64,000 bases of DNA from contig CM022672.1 of NCBI GenBank assembly GCA_012295275.1, positions 26,660,001 through 26,724,000 of the forward strand. Direction: 5' to 3'. Shown piece after piece: positions 38,834 to 53,153 of this stretch; the stretch's first letter is position 1, and every line of letters begins with the position of its first letter. The notes below the pieces were generated by a model, which did no database searches, had not been told where the DNA came from, and worked only from the letters and a program-made list of their open reading frames with translations. This stretch comes from Chrysomallon squamiferum (Eukaryota; Animalia; Mollusca). The position numbers and the translations under genes are program-made.

Positions 38834-41140
38834 TTACACCGGACACGTTGGTGGTTTTGGAGGTTCATACTTGGTGCAAGAACCCTGTCGACATTTCAGC
38901 ACTGCCTCAGCTTGCTCACGTCCCGAGTAGTAGGCTCCCTGCATGAATCCGTTGTAGACCTCGTTGTAGCCATCGCCTGCATAGTACAGTCGTCCCGTTG
39001 GCGCCTTTAAAGCATTGATAAAATCCTGCGAGTAACCAACAGGCAAATTCGTCACAGATCCCATGAAGAGAGGATTTTTAGACCAGTCTGAAACAAGGAC
39101 ATCTGTAGGCTCTGAAATAGTGTCATTGTCGTTTAGTTTACGCAAGATTGCAGTTATTTCTGATTTCACTTTAGACTTCTCTAACCGTTCGACTCTTCTA
39201 GCTTGTTCACCGGTCAAAGCAATGCTGATAATGCCACTACTGCTGGGAAGTAGCCTATCAGATACCATATTAATCCAAAGAGGATAATACCCAAAGTTTT
39301 CATTAACATATAAGGCATACTCCACATCGCTAATAAATTTTCTGGCCTCTTCGGAACACTTCAAATAAACATTAGCAGCATGACCGACATTAATTCGAAA
39401 AAGACTTTCTTCTTTCCATGATGGGAGCTGAGGATCGAATTCGACTAATTTATTTTGCAAAACGCCAATTCCGAATGTCACAATGGCGTATTTTGCATGA
39501 TATGTATTATTTGCTTTCGTTGTTATGGTTACTCCCGAGTTGCTGTATTTTATTTTAGTAACAACCTCATTCAGCTTGAGTCGACTATCGCTTTTGTTTA
39601 AAAATTCATCAAATATGTGAGAAAAGCCTTTTTGGTCGCTAACTAAGAATTCGTCGTCAGATCCGTCAGATTTAATTTTCTCAAGAAAAGCTTTACTTGC
39701 CCTTAGTGACAGCAAATCGGCTCGTTCAGAAAATGTAAAACCTGTGTTTTCATTCCATTCTGTAGCTTGTTTTACAGCCGTGTCAGCATTCCAGCCTCCA
39801 AGTCTCAGTGCAACAGAAAATGACATGTCTTTGGTTTTCCCACCCTTAATATCTGAATATTTCGCATCAACCGTTGTTTGAGCTTTCTCCCATTCATCAT
39901 AGGCTTTACTAGCAGTGGTATCTTTTATATTTGTTCCTTGTTCGTCCAAAATTGTAATATTTTCATAGTTCGTGACTAAACCAGACAAGTTATATTTTTC
40001 GGCCAGAACCCATATTGGATTTCCTTTTGTTCCAACAATGTAATTGTTGCCTATTTCCACAGTGTTAGAATTGATTTTCTCATTCTTTATTCTACCGCCA
40101 ATTCGGTTGCTGCCTTCCAGGATGATGAAGTTGGTGACGTTCTTTTCAGCTAACGTCTTGGCTGCGGTCAGTCCAGCGATACCTGCACCAAGGATGATGA
40201 CCTCAGCGTCTTCTGTAAAAGGAAGGAAATAGTATTTATATTGTTTCTTACTTAGTCACTAAAATTAGTGAATTATACTTTCATTCGACTATCCACAACA
40301 AAATACCATATTTGTGTGACGTTTGCTAACATATCATCAATCTTTGCGAACGGTCTTGCGGAGATAAAGGTTGAGAAGGGTTGTTTCGTTCGAAATTTAA
40401 CACAGACATTAACACAAGTATCTATTTCTCCAACTTTCTCTAACTTTTCCCCACTGTTATTATTATTTCTCCCCCCCCAATTTGGGAGGGTAGTTCGTGA
40501 AGTTGTAACCCCTTTCCATGGATAGCCCATGCATGACTTTGCGGAAAGCACGATATCTGTGGGCCACACACTGAAAAGCAAGTTACTCTAAAGTTGTGAG
40601 TTCATTTAACGGTTGGCGTATGACGTTTAATTCTGTTACCAAAACATTTTTGTTTTCTTCAATAATATATTTATCTGAGGACACTACATTTTATAACGGT
40701 GCTGTTTCAACAAATAAGAAACAAATTAAACTGAAACGTCTTCCGTCAACAGATCATAATTACACTGTCATCTGTTTTTTGTCCAGACATTAAAGCATGC
40801 TTTCATCTCTTAAACCTCAGTAAAGAGCCAGTTTTGGAGTTGTTTCCTTGTTTGAGTTATTAATCTTATTTATTTGATAGAAAAACTAAAAATAATAATT
40901 TATATTTATTTGTTTTTTGTTTTTATTCATTTATTTGTTTGTTTATTTTGTTTATTTTATTTATTTTATTTATTTAGTTATTTTGTGGCTGCATTGGTCT
41001 GAACTACAATCACCCGACTTCAAATTATGTACTGGCTGACAGCATATATAATATTAAACGAAAATTATATTTTTTTTCTTTCTTTCCTTCATTATTAGCA
41101 TCTTCAGGAAATTTATTGCGATAATTATTTATGCAAGTTA

Positions 41141-41178
<38 letters not shown>

Positions 41179-41286
41179 TCGGGAATCAAATTATGCTCCA
41201 CTGGAGCGAAAAAGGTATAATTTAAAATAGAATTTATTTCAGTGATTGTATTTTTTATTTATTTTTTATTTTGTACGGGACACACA

Positions 41287-41367
<81 letters not shown>

Positions 41368-41474
41368 GTGTATTTTATTAACGTTATATGCTACCAGTAT
41401 TTACCTTCAGTTTTTACAAAGACCTCGAATCCGCTGTGTAATACAGCAAACAGGACCAAGTATATTACCAGCAT
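38834..41474 (-). CDS. Secreted flavin amine oxidase / polyamine oxidase-like, copy 4 (exons 41474-41405, 40212-38834; 482 aa)
   Basis: Signal exon MLVIYLVLFAVLHSGFEVFVKTE|GT, acceptor TTTTACAG|AA GAC GCT GAG, GAGIAG and GGRI motifs. 70+1379 nt is in frame. Confidence 0.9.
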
Positions 41475-41480
41475 CTTTCT

Positions 41481-41520
<40 letters not shown>

Positions 41521-44090
41521 CACTAAAATAGTAACAACAACAACAACACCAAAACCAGCACCAACAACAGTAATAATAACAATAACAATAATAATAATAA
41601 CGTTTCTAAAAGGAGGAATATAGCTGAAGATTTTTGAGAAAAGCTCTTCTAGCGAGCTGTAAATTGTTGAGTTTTAATCGCAACTCAAAACATTCTTTCT
41701 TTACCCCAGCAGTCTCATCATTAATGCAACTTATGAAAGACAAGCAAAAATAGTTTCACAACATTTCAAAGTTTGAAACATTAATTAACATCACTCTAAA
41801 AGTTCAAACATAAAACTACCATTTAGCCAATTTCCACTCTGAAATGTTTTATCGATCACTTTGGCCACGTCTGGTTTAAACATTTATTTTCGTTTGCTGA
41901 TTTCTCTATATGCATTGCATTTTTAACTGGTAATAATTTTAAAATAATAAATTACTCTTACAACTGTTATATTCTAAGGAAAATAATTCCGAAATAGTAA
42001 CTGGTCACTAATTTCTAAAACGCTTCCTTCAGCCTATTTAAAGTTACACTTTATATAGTTCTTACATGTTAATACCTAATTCAGATGCGTAGATGTTACT
42101 TTTGACAGTAATATTACGTGTATCAATAAAAACAAAAGACAAAATAGTTTATCTTATACCTGCTGAATAAAATGAACAGTTTAGAGATATTTGGAGGCTT
42201 TTTTTCTTCTTCTTCTTCTTCTTAAAATTTGTGAAGCCTATGAGAAGAGAAAACACCCGTCTTAAATCCTTTAAATTCTGTAATCCTGTTTTTCAACTTT
42301 TTTTTCCTTTCAGAATTATGTAGTAGTCATGTGACGAAGGGACCAAATCACCTGTGGTATTTTTATATATCATTATATTACACTCTCCATATATATTTTA
42401 TTCATACACACAGTTTAATATAGCTAGATATCATACCGCAGCGACGGAACAAAAAAAAAAAAATTCTACAGCTTATCACATGAATGCATCGCCTCGCTTG
42501 ATGAATTATTACGTCCCAAGATCGTCACGGATCGTTAATTTATATCCAGGGTGACCTAGAGGTAATTTTGTTCCCAAATCAGAACAAAACAGTTGTTAAC
42601 AAATGTTTTAATAAGCTTCTTATATAATGCAATAATTAATGCAAAGTTTACGTAATACTCAAGAAATTGCTTTTCTTTGTCTAACAAACTTTTGTTAAAT
42701 ATTAATTATCACACGACCTGCATTATTGTTGCTGTTGCCACCTGAACATAGTTTTTGAGTTAATTATTAATATATATTACCAAAGTTAAAACTGATGATA
42801 CAATTATGACCTATGCATTTACCTGGTTTGTATTTTTGTCTTCAGTTTTCACGTAACAGTGAATAAAATTTCCTTCTCTTTCTCCAGCCCAGACCAGCAA
42901 TTAATAGTCCTCGCGACTAACGTGGTCGTCTCAAAAATATAAACGTCTGCTTGCTGCTTGAATGATTCACAGTGATGTTTTTAACTTGACTTTTCTCTAT
43001 GCTCTAAAAAGAGCTTACAAGGCATAAATAAACACTCTTTCTGCGTTTGTTTGTGGTTGGGTGGGTGTGCTTCGTGGAAAAAAAAGTGCCTCATTATTTA
43101 TAGAATATTTTTGTGAAGACATTGATATGCATATTTAATAATTCGACAAACAACAAATTAAACCTTAAATCTTAGTTGTGCAACATCAAAGACTGATCAT
43201 TTTCGTTTTTTTTTTCTAGGATTTATAAACCATTGATATGAGCGTATGAATATTAAAGTAATATGAATGTTGTGTCCTTGGAGGATGTTTTTCTGGTACT
43301 ACATTTCACAGAGGTCGTTAACAAATGAAATACGCGTTTCTACGGTTCATGGATTGATGATGGGTTGTTTTTGTTTTTTGGTCTTTTTGCATGGCGGAAG
43401 ACATTTTGTGATTGCTTGATGATGAAATCGTACTAATATGTACAAAACATTATTAATAAAATGATAATTATGAAAAACTGCAACAACATTATAAAAAATA
43501 AATAAAAGCACACAAAAAACAACAAACACAACAACAAAAACAAACACCAAAAAATAAATTAAATAAAACGATAAGTTGCAAAGGCCTTGATTAAATAATT
43601 TATAAAAATATTTTTAACAGATATAAAATTGATTTCAACATTCTTTTCTACATCATGCATTCCGATTAACAATGATCCGTTTCGAGTCTTGACAACATCC
43701 TAATAAATTTTTATTTTTGTTTTATTTATTTTAATTATTGTTATATTTAATTCGTAACTGATTTATCCTTCATTAATCAAAACATCTGTTAACTTGTTCC
43801 TATTAATTTAGTTCTAAATTCAGAGCTCTTCTGATATTTAGTCGGAACATTCTTCAAATCAGATCTCAGAATAATAAGTATCTTGTCTAGGTAAAGAAGA
43901 AAAAAGAAAAATTGTCTACAAATTCCTTTTTTTATATTTAACTTCTAGCATCATAATATATATGCATACATGTCAAAATAAACATCTATGTTCATATTTC
44001 GGAATGAATTTATATTAGTGTCTATGACACTGAGTAGAAAATACACAATTAATTATGAGTATACTTGTTATAACATCTTTAGCAATAGCC

Positions 44091-46005
44091 TCAGTACATC
44101 TGAAGATAAGCAAAAATCATAGAAAATAAAAAACAAGAAAAGGAACTCTGGAGATAATCAGTAACATCCGTAGGACATTCGTATTTCGTTGGCCGTTCGT
44201 ACTTCTTGCAAGATCCTTGTCGACATTTGAGAATTTCTCTAGCTTCGTTCCTTCCTGAGTAAAATGCCCCTCTGACAAAACCTCTGTACATGACGTGGTA
44301 CGCCTCGCCAGCGAAGTACAGTCTACCGACTGGTGCTTTTAAAGCTTGGATTCGATCCTCGGAAAATCCTGGTGGAAGACTGGACATCGATCCCATGAAG
44401 AGAGGATTTGTGGACCAGTCTGAAACAAGTATATTTCTAGGCTCCGCAATGTTTGGGTTCTTGTTGACTTCACGCAAGATTTTAGTTATTTCTGATTTCA
44501 GTTCAGATTTTCCTAAACGTTCAACTCTTCGAGCTTGCTCGCCCGTCATCATGCTGCTGATAATGTTACTAGTTTTTGGAAGAAGGCCATCATAAATCAT
44601 GTTAGTCCAAACAGGAAAATATCCAAAATTTTTGCTTGCATAAACGGCGTACTCTTTCTTGTTAAGAAATCCTTTAGCTTCTTCTGAACATTCGACATAA
44701 ATAGTTGCTGCATGTCCTACATTAATTCGAAAGAGGTTGTCCTCCTTCCACGATGGGAGCGGAGGTTCGAATTCGATCAGTCGATTTTGCAAAACGCCAA
44801 GTCCAAAAGTCACAATGACGTAATTCGCAGAATAGGTTTTATTTGCCTTCGTTGTTATTGTTACCTCACTGTCACTGTACTTTATTTTCGTGATAATCTC
44901 ATTAAGTTTCAGGCGGTCGTCATTCTGTTGCAAAAACTCGTTTTTCATTTCATTAAATACGTTGACGTAGCCTCTCTGGTCGCTTACAAAGAATTCGTCG
45001 TCAGATCCAGCAATTTTAAGTCGCCGAAGAAATGTTTTCCTTTCTTTTAGAGAAATCAAATCGCTTGCTGTCGAAAAAGAAAAATCTGCACTTTCATACC
45101 ACTCTAGCGCTCTCTTGACAGGCGAATCTGCTTTCCACCCACCTATGTTCAGGCCAACCCCAAGAGCCATGTCCTCAATTTTATCTGTTTCTATGTCAGA
45201 AAATATTTTATCCACTACAAGATTGGCGATTTTCAGTTTAGTCCAGGCGTCGCCTGCTTCTGTGTTTGTGACATCGGTACCATCGGCGTTTACAACGACT
45301 ACATTTTTGTAGTTGGTCACAATTCCAGAAAGGTTATATTTGGCAGCAGTATTCCATATCGGATTTCCAGTCGTTCCGACAATGTAGTTACTGCCCATTT
45401 CGACATTAGCGGAGCCTATGCGGCCATTTTGTATCCTTCCGCCTATTCTGTTGCTGCCTTCTAGGATAATGAAGTTGGTGACGTTGTTGTCGGAAAGTAT
45501 CTTGGCTGCGGACAGGCCTGCAACTCCCGCGCCCAGAATAATCACTTCCACTTGCTCTGAAAATATAAGCAAAACTAATTAGTTGTGTATGTTCATATTT
45601 ATATATGTGTTTGTGTGTTTGTATCATTCAACCCAATACGAATCTTAATAACTGATTTTTCTAAGATTTTGGTAACCCAATTTTCTGAATCATTAATAGC
45701 GTACCGTTTTGTCTAACGTACTGATAACGCATTTATTTGAGTCGGTAAAGACACATCTAAGTTTTTGGTAACCCATTTTTCTGAATCATTAATAGCGTAC
45801 CGTGTTGTCTAACTTACTGATAAGGTATTTATTTGAATCGGTAATAATCGGTAACTCGTTTTTCTGAATTGTTCGTAAGTGATAAAGGCTAATCTAAACT
45901 TAGTTACTTGTTTGTCTGCAGGGTGGTAACTGTTTTACCTGAATGAGTAACAGCTGGGAACAGTCCACTGAAAAAAGCGAGGAAACAAACTGAAGAGCAC
46001 AGCAT
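44091..46005 (-). CDS. Flavin amine oxidase / polyamine oxidase-like, copy 5, with signal peptide and hydrophobic C-terminus (exons 46005-45939, 45556-44091; 510 aa)
   Basis: Signal exon MLCSSVCFLAFFSGLFPAVTHS|GT, acceptor TTTTCAG|AG CAA GTG, GAGVAG, GGRI and LYFAGEA..GFVRGA. C-terminus SSFSCFLFSMIFAYLQMY*. 67+1466 nt is in frame. Confidence 0.92.
45665..45870. repeat. ~96-bp tandem duplication (2 copies plus a partial) in the copy 5 intron
   Basis: GGTAACCCA..TTTTCTGAATCATTAATAGCGTACCG at 45671 and 45767. Confidence 0.8.
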
Positions 46006-46329
46006 GCTTCTGCAATACACAAATAAATAAACATTACTGTACACACGACAAATGAAGAAGAAGAAACAGTAACAACTACAAAAATAACGGTGATGATTAA
46101 AAACAATAATAATAATAATAAATAAATAGCAGACAAATCTATTGCAATATTTTTCTTCTTCACACACATAGCATGTAATATTCACCATCAACAAATTAAA
46201 ACGAATATCAAATGAAAGACATAAAAAAAAAAACACACAAAAAAAAACAATTAAATTAATTATGATTTACTGATATTATTTATCATTAACTGGTTTCATC
46301 ACCAATGGTCATTTGTTGTACATACATAC

Positions 46330-46429
46330 CTTTTTTTAGGAGAGTTCTTGAACTGCATGTTTTGCTAAGAAAACACTACAGAGTATCCTCAGTGCTTCTG
46401 CGCATTATTTGCTTGTATTTGTTTTTATA
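46330..46429 (-). promoter_or_regulatory. Putative TATA box and non-coding first exon of copy 5
   Basis: Minus strand CTATAAAAAC (46430-46421) and donor AAAG|GTATGT at 46330/46329. Confidence 0.45.
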
Positions 46430-46954
46430 GGTGATTCATGCATAATTATGGACATGGGTCAGCTGAAAGTACTGAATACCTTGCTTTAATAATATTAATA
46501 ATATTATAATAATATATAATGACATCCAGTCGAATGACACGTAAGTACTAGTTTTACGACAAATTTTAACATCGGAAAAAATTAATGGATATTTTGTGCT
46601 CTGTAGTTTTGGGGTTGTTTTGTTTTGTTTTGTTTTTTCAAGTATGGGTAATATTTTTCGTTTTACACATTCTTAGAAATTTTCAATTTTTTAATTTTAT
46701 TTATAATATATATTTTTTTAAAGTATGTGAACATCTGTGCATAATTTATACAAGGACAATTACATACATATATATAACTATATGCATACATTACATATTG
46801 ACATACCCAGAAATACACATATATACACACTTCACATACACATATATTCAAAGGGAAGAAAGGTAAATACATGTACACCTATATATAAATTAAAAAAGAA
46901 CACATATATAATGCTTTAATACGTAACTTTATATATAAATACTGACATACGCGG

Positions 46955-47033
<79 letters not shown>

Positions 47034-47553
47034 AATACATACATACATAAAGACACCACGCGCACAGATACACACAAACTTAAGTACATGTGTGCGCACG
47101 CACTCACACATCGTACTTCTTAAGCTGCAAGCCTAAGTTCAGTTTCGATTTTTATGACTCTCACGATCGGACATTTCCCACCATCTGAAGCGTTGAACAA
47201 ACACACTAACACAGCAATCAGAGCTCGCTAACGTGTAATTTTAATACAATTTGTCTATTGTTAGACAAACACATATACTTACTCTAATTTGCTATATAAT
47301 TTCTTAATTTACGCAAATGTTCTTTTAATAAAATGTTTATCATTTTTCACCCGTTTCATTATTTTTGGTTAGTCACTTATCTCAGTTATAAATACTTTTT
47401 TTCGAGAAATGCTGCTTCCATGAAAATAAATAAATAAACAAACTAATAAATAAATAAACAAATAAATAACCAAATAATGTAAATAGAAAAATAAAATTAA
47501 TAATAACGTTATAAGATCAACCGAAAAGAAGAAAAAAAAAGTAAATAAAAATA

Positions 47554-47584
<31 letters not shown>

Positions 47585-47728
47585 CAACAATAATACAATA
47601 ATTTATGTACTGCTGTTTTTAAGTTGCCTGTAAATTCTCGTTTAAACCGAACCTGTTTGTGAAAAATTAATACACATGACAGACTAGTTTATTTTATATG
47701 TAAACTATATGTAACTGAATTATTATCA

Positions 47729-47986
47729 GCGGGGTTTCATAAACCTTTGAAAGGGGATATCCGCGAGTGGATATACCACACGTATACCTTTTTGTGACGC
47801 TTCGTTTTCTGAGCAAAATACACTGATTTATTATTCCATAATAAAGGCGGGATCCAGACATAGAAAACACTGTATCCCTTAAGTTTTGTGACGCTGTTTT
47901 CCGTTTTGGTATGTGATAAAACATAATAAGTTTCGTCTTTATAGTCGTACACGCAAGATGACGCTTCGCTTTTATGAAATCCTGGC
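47729..47986. mobile_element. Possible small MITE with short terminal inverted repeats
   Basis: GGGTTTCATAAA (47732) and TTTATGAAATCC (47971), with three internal TGACGCT repeats. No clear TSD. Confidence 0.35.
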
Positions 47987-48236
47987 AAGTAAATTGGATA
48001 GTGTCAGGAAGTTCAACGACACTATCAGTTTCTTTATACTACCATTGTAACGATATTATATATATCTCTTTATGTCTCTATGTATAGATGGATAGATGGA
48101 TGGATTGATGAATGGATGGATGGACTGATGTATGCACGTGTTTGTATCTGTGTACAGACAGTCGTTGACTCATGTCTTTTCGACTTTACGACTACACGCA
48201 TGACATTTGTGGCAATGCGCGAGTTTATTCGACGGA

Positions 48237-48282
<46 letters not shown>

Positions 48283-48470
48283 TTTTTTGTCGACGTAAAC
48301 GACTCCACCTAAGACAGCGACATCTTTGGTCCTCTTCCCAGCACCAGTGATCTGAAATACTTTTTTATATAGTCTTTCTCAGCTGCTGAAGGTTTATAAC
48401 TACGACTGATAAAAAGGACGCCAACAACAATCATAACTACAAATGCAACAAAAAATCGCGATAACAGTAT

Positions 48471-48525
<55 letters not shown>

Positions 48526-48934
48526 TTGATGATGATAGTGTAGGTAAATACTTGTTTCATTTTATTTATAATTATATTTAACTAAAGATTCAAAACAAAA
48601 AAAACACACAAAAAAAAAAAAACAATAACAACAACAACAACAAAAAGAAACAGGAAGAAAAACGAAAATACAAAAGTATGGTCTAATGTTTGAATGATAA
48701 AAACGATCTAGGAAGACGATATTATTGTTAGTTTTATCCTGAAATGAGAGCTTATTGTTCAAATGTATTAATTTGAATAACGTACAATGACATAATTTCC
48801 GTAAATCAACGAAAACAAAATCCATATTGTACAAATATTATTTTTGTAAATTTAATATGAAAGTAGCGTATATTAAATGATATCTAATTATTTTTGTCTT
48901 CTCAGTTTGCAAAGTAATCATGGATCCCGAAATC

Positions 48935-49017
48935 GCGCACATGCGCAATAATGAAGTAAATATAGAGGACTAAGCGATAGTTGATGCTGTCAAGATGGGA
49001 CTTTATAAATATAAACT
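48935..49017 (+). promoter_or_regulatory. Putative GAPVD1 core promoter and non-coding first exon
   Basis: NRF1-like GCGCACATGCGCA (48935-48947), YY1-like CAAGATGG (48991) and possible donor ACT|GTACGT (49017). The next acceptor is TTTTAG| at 50182. Confidence 0.4.
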
Positions 49018-50301
49018 GTACGTGTTTATGTTTCTCATTGCCCGATGAAACATCGTTAGCAGTTATCGGTATAAATATATTGTTTATTTAAATTAAAATA
49101 TATATTCTGTATCTTTTAGTATTGTCATTGCATTATAGTTACAAGGAGGTCAAACAAATTTGACATACCCTCCCACTTCAGCCCAAGTTTGAAGTTCAGA
49201 TTAAACTTAAAGATTACACTACGCTGGAGTTGTAAACTGATATCAATTATCATTCATTTTACTGTCTTCTGACAGCATCAATACGAAATAGGCAATATTA
49301 AATTGTACTAAATGCCATAAGAGAGAATTGACTAATACAGTCGGGATGGCAATCGTCGCTAGTGAATGGTCGCCTATTGATGTTTATTTTATTGGAACTG
49401 CAAGGAAAGCAAACGTATAATTAATACATAAATCTTTGTTAAAACTAAAGACTGAAATCTTTTAATTCCTAGTTTTGAAAATCTTGAAAAATGAACCAAA
49501 ATAATGATAAATATATAAAATTATTTTTGGGTGCGGAAATAAGGATGAAAACTACAGGGAAATGACGGTATTAATATTTATAGAGTTAGTCCAATTTAAT
49601 AAATGTTTAATTTTTTTTAGAGCCTACTGATAAAGTGTGTCAAAAACAACACCAAAGCATCTCAGTTATTACTCACTGTATTAGTAAAGTAACATTGTTC
49701 TTTAAATAAACATTCCAGTCATTGCTTACTAGTTTCAGATTTCATTTGTAACAAAATACAGTCACTTTTAACAAGTGTCATTGCTGCGTCTTAAACAATA
49801 GAATTGTTAGTACTTAGATTTTATCTGAATCATACAATAAAAGTTACATTTAATTTATTGTTTTAAAGGGTAAATATAAATAAATATATTATCATAGAAA
49901 ATACCTTGGACTGATCTTTTTTCTTCTTTTTTTGAAATATAAAATTTGAAGTATTTTTTATTATTTTAACTCATGAAGTATTTAGCTTTTTGTAAATTTG
50001 TGATCATTATGGTTGGAGCCTTAGAGACATTCAGCATATGAAATATATGTCTTATCTCTTGCTGTATCAGTATCTGTCTGTCTTTGTGTGTGTGTGTGTG
50101 TGTCTGTATATGTCTGTTTCTATATGCATGCACATATATACACATTATTATTATGAAATATTTTTCTTTTTTAGTTTTTTAGGTGACAATGGATAAACAA
50201 AGCAGTTAATTGAAGCTGAATTCAGTCAGAACCAGAGAACGTTAGTTTGCACACTAGTCCCTTGAGTTCTGTTGATTTGTGGTACAAGGAAATGCTATAC
50301 C

Positions 50302-53118
50302 ATGAGCCTTTTTGTTGATCTCATTGAACTTGGTCAGCATTTGCGACAGGAACGACTGTTTGCAAATGCAGAAAGAGAACAGCTGCAGAGCCTGTATGAA
50401 AATGTGCGTAAAATAGGCAATGAATTGTGTCACGTGTCCTGGATAGCACGGGAACAGAAAGTCAATCTTAACACATTGGTTTTGTTAGGACATGAGGTTC
50501 CGTCAGAAGAAATATGTGCTAAAAACAACCAACTGGAAAGAGTGACTTTTATTGACAGTTACAAGCAGCTGAGTCATCATGATGCCAAATACGGAGAATT
50601 GTTTAAGTTCCTGAGAGAAAACCCGTACTTACTCTCACATTTAATTTTTGCCAGCGAAAAACAAAGTGTTCCCAATACTCTGAAATCAGTTAATGTCATC
50701 ATTTCTGGTCTGTACGGAAACTGTGTTTTGCAGGAAGATGAAATTTATGTGTTACAGCTTTTGAAAACTTTGATAGAACTGGAACTGAGAGGGAGTGACA
50801 ATCCTAGGAGGGTCGTTCGCCGTGGTAACACTGCTTTCAGCGTGATCTTCAAGCAGTTGTGTGATTCGCTGTTTTCTACTCGTCTCTTTCTCACAGCCGC
50901 ACTTCATGACCCGGTTATGAGGCTTTTGATGGAAGATGAATGGTTCTATGACATTGACCCCAATAAAGCACTCGTTCGTTTTCCAGCAAAAGAGAGACTT
51001 CGCCGCTTCGGAGAACCAGGAACTGAGGACTACAAAACCAAACTAGAGAACTACAGAAAGTTCATAGTGGACAAACTTGTTCTGTTGAGCAACAGATTTA
51101 TAAACTCAATTAAAGACAATCTTCAGTCATTCCCTTCGAGCCTGAGCTGGCTGGTAGGTCAAGTCTTTCAGTCCCTCACAAAGTCAACCAAAGTATCGTC
51201 CAATGAAGCTAGAGCCACATGTGCTGATCTTGTGTTTGCTATGTTCATCTGCCCTGCCATCTGTGATCCCGAGCCCTATGGAATAACATCTGATGTACCA
51301 ATCAGCCATATCGCCAGACACAATCTTATGCAGATGGCCCAGATTATACAAGTTTTAGCAATATCACAGTTGGAAGATATTGATCCAAAACTATATGATC
51401 TTTATGGAAGATTTGAAAAGGTATAATTGTTTTGGTTTTGTTTGTTACAATGTTTATGATAAAGCAAACAATTTTTTTTTAGGTTATTTTGATATTTATG
51501 TGCATGAGTGTTTGTGTGTTCATACTCACATAACTAATAAAAAGGTGATTTTCAATAAATCAGCCTACATTTAAGTTAAAGTTAATTATATTTTATATTT
51601 TAGAAGTATTTTTGTAAAAATCATAAATTATAATATATCCTTAAATTGAGAACAGTTTAGGTTGTCATTGTTTTGTTTGTTTTTGAAGTATTCTTTATAA
51701 AATATCTGAATAAACGTTTTCAAATATGTTGTTTCAGGAATTAACATTTGTATTGTCTTTCCTGATAATATAAACTTTAAAATATTAATTAGTATTAATA
51801 AATAATATTTCTGCATGCAGTGTGCTGATTTTTATAATTTTTTTCATTATTTTTATTTTTTATTTTTGATGTTGTAAATCATTCATTCCCTCAGTAATTA
51901 AAACTGATATTCATTTTGTGTTTAGTTCAGAAAATCTATTACATTGAAATAAGAACTGTAATGACTACATTATTTGTGTATACATTTTTTATTTCAACAG
52001 GGCTGCATGTCTTCATTCCTTGATGCTCTGGTGGAGGGTGTAGTAGAGGAGATCCCAGTTCCTAACACATGCCAGCTGCAGAATGCATCACGTTCCATCA
52101 TGTTACTTACCAAACCCGAACTGGACGATCTGGTAAAAAAAAGTTTATTAGATTTTTAATTTTTTTAATAACACTGACAGAAATAATCTGAATATTGCAC
52201 TCTTAGTATTCATAATAAACTGAATATTGTTAGCAATAATCTAAATTTTGTACTGTTTGTAATAATCTGAATGTTGTATTGTCACTATTAGATATACATA
52301 ACAAATTAAAACAGAAAACGTTGTTTTACAAAACATATGTTTATGTTGCAGGTCACATTCCTTAAGAATGCTTGTCTACAAATAGATGAGAAAATTTCTG
52401 GTAAGAAAAGGTTGGATGAAATGTTGCAGGACTTGCCATTGAAGAAAACTTCCATAACCAGTGGGATTGACACTCTGACCACATCATCAACACCCCCTCT
52501 TGGACACACCCCTCCAGGGACACCTGGCAGCCAAAGAAAACTGTTTAAAAGTAAAAGTACCGAGAGCTTTTAAATTGTGGCTTGGCTTTTAGAAATTTAA
52601 CTTTAAACATATTTTTAAATTTTATTTTTGTATTGATTATCAGTATTTTTTTGTTAAAAGCATTGTGTAATGAAACTCATATGCACATTGTTTATATAAA
52701 AATGTGTTTGCTGGTGTGTGTTTTTTTTTTTCCTTTATGTAAAGCAGCACGTAATGCAGACTAAGTGTAATGTGAACACAGTTTCCTGAAAAGCTTTCTA
52801 CATGGAGTACAGAATCAAAATTGTATTTTATGATCTATTAAATGCATAATTCCTGAAATTTATTACACTGATAGCAGCCTTTATCCTTGACATTTACATT
52901 AATTTTATTTTAATTTTAATTTTTTATATTTTTTAAAAATAAATTTAATATTTAATTTTTTATGTGGTCTTGTCATCATGTTTTTATTATTACAAAATAT
53001 TAGTTTTATTCTTGGGTTTTAGTACTGAAAAAAAAAAAACCATAAAAGAACCCCTGAATAAAATGACATAAAAATTATCTGGAGAAAAAAAATTAGACAT
53101 ATGTATATGTATATATGG

Positions 53119-53153
<35 letters not shown>

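Noticed and set aside
40268-40581. 85-102 aa ORFs in the copy 4 intron
   Set aside because: No recognisable motif or splice support. Possibly an old TE fragment.
47997-48045. Helitron 3' end
   Set aside because: A hairpin is present, but there is no CTRR terminus at the expected distance and no identifiable 5' TC end.
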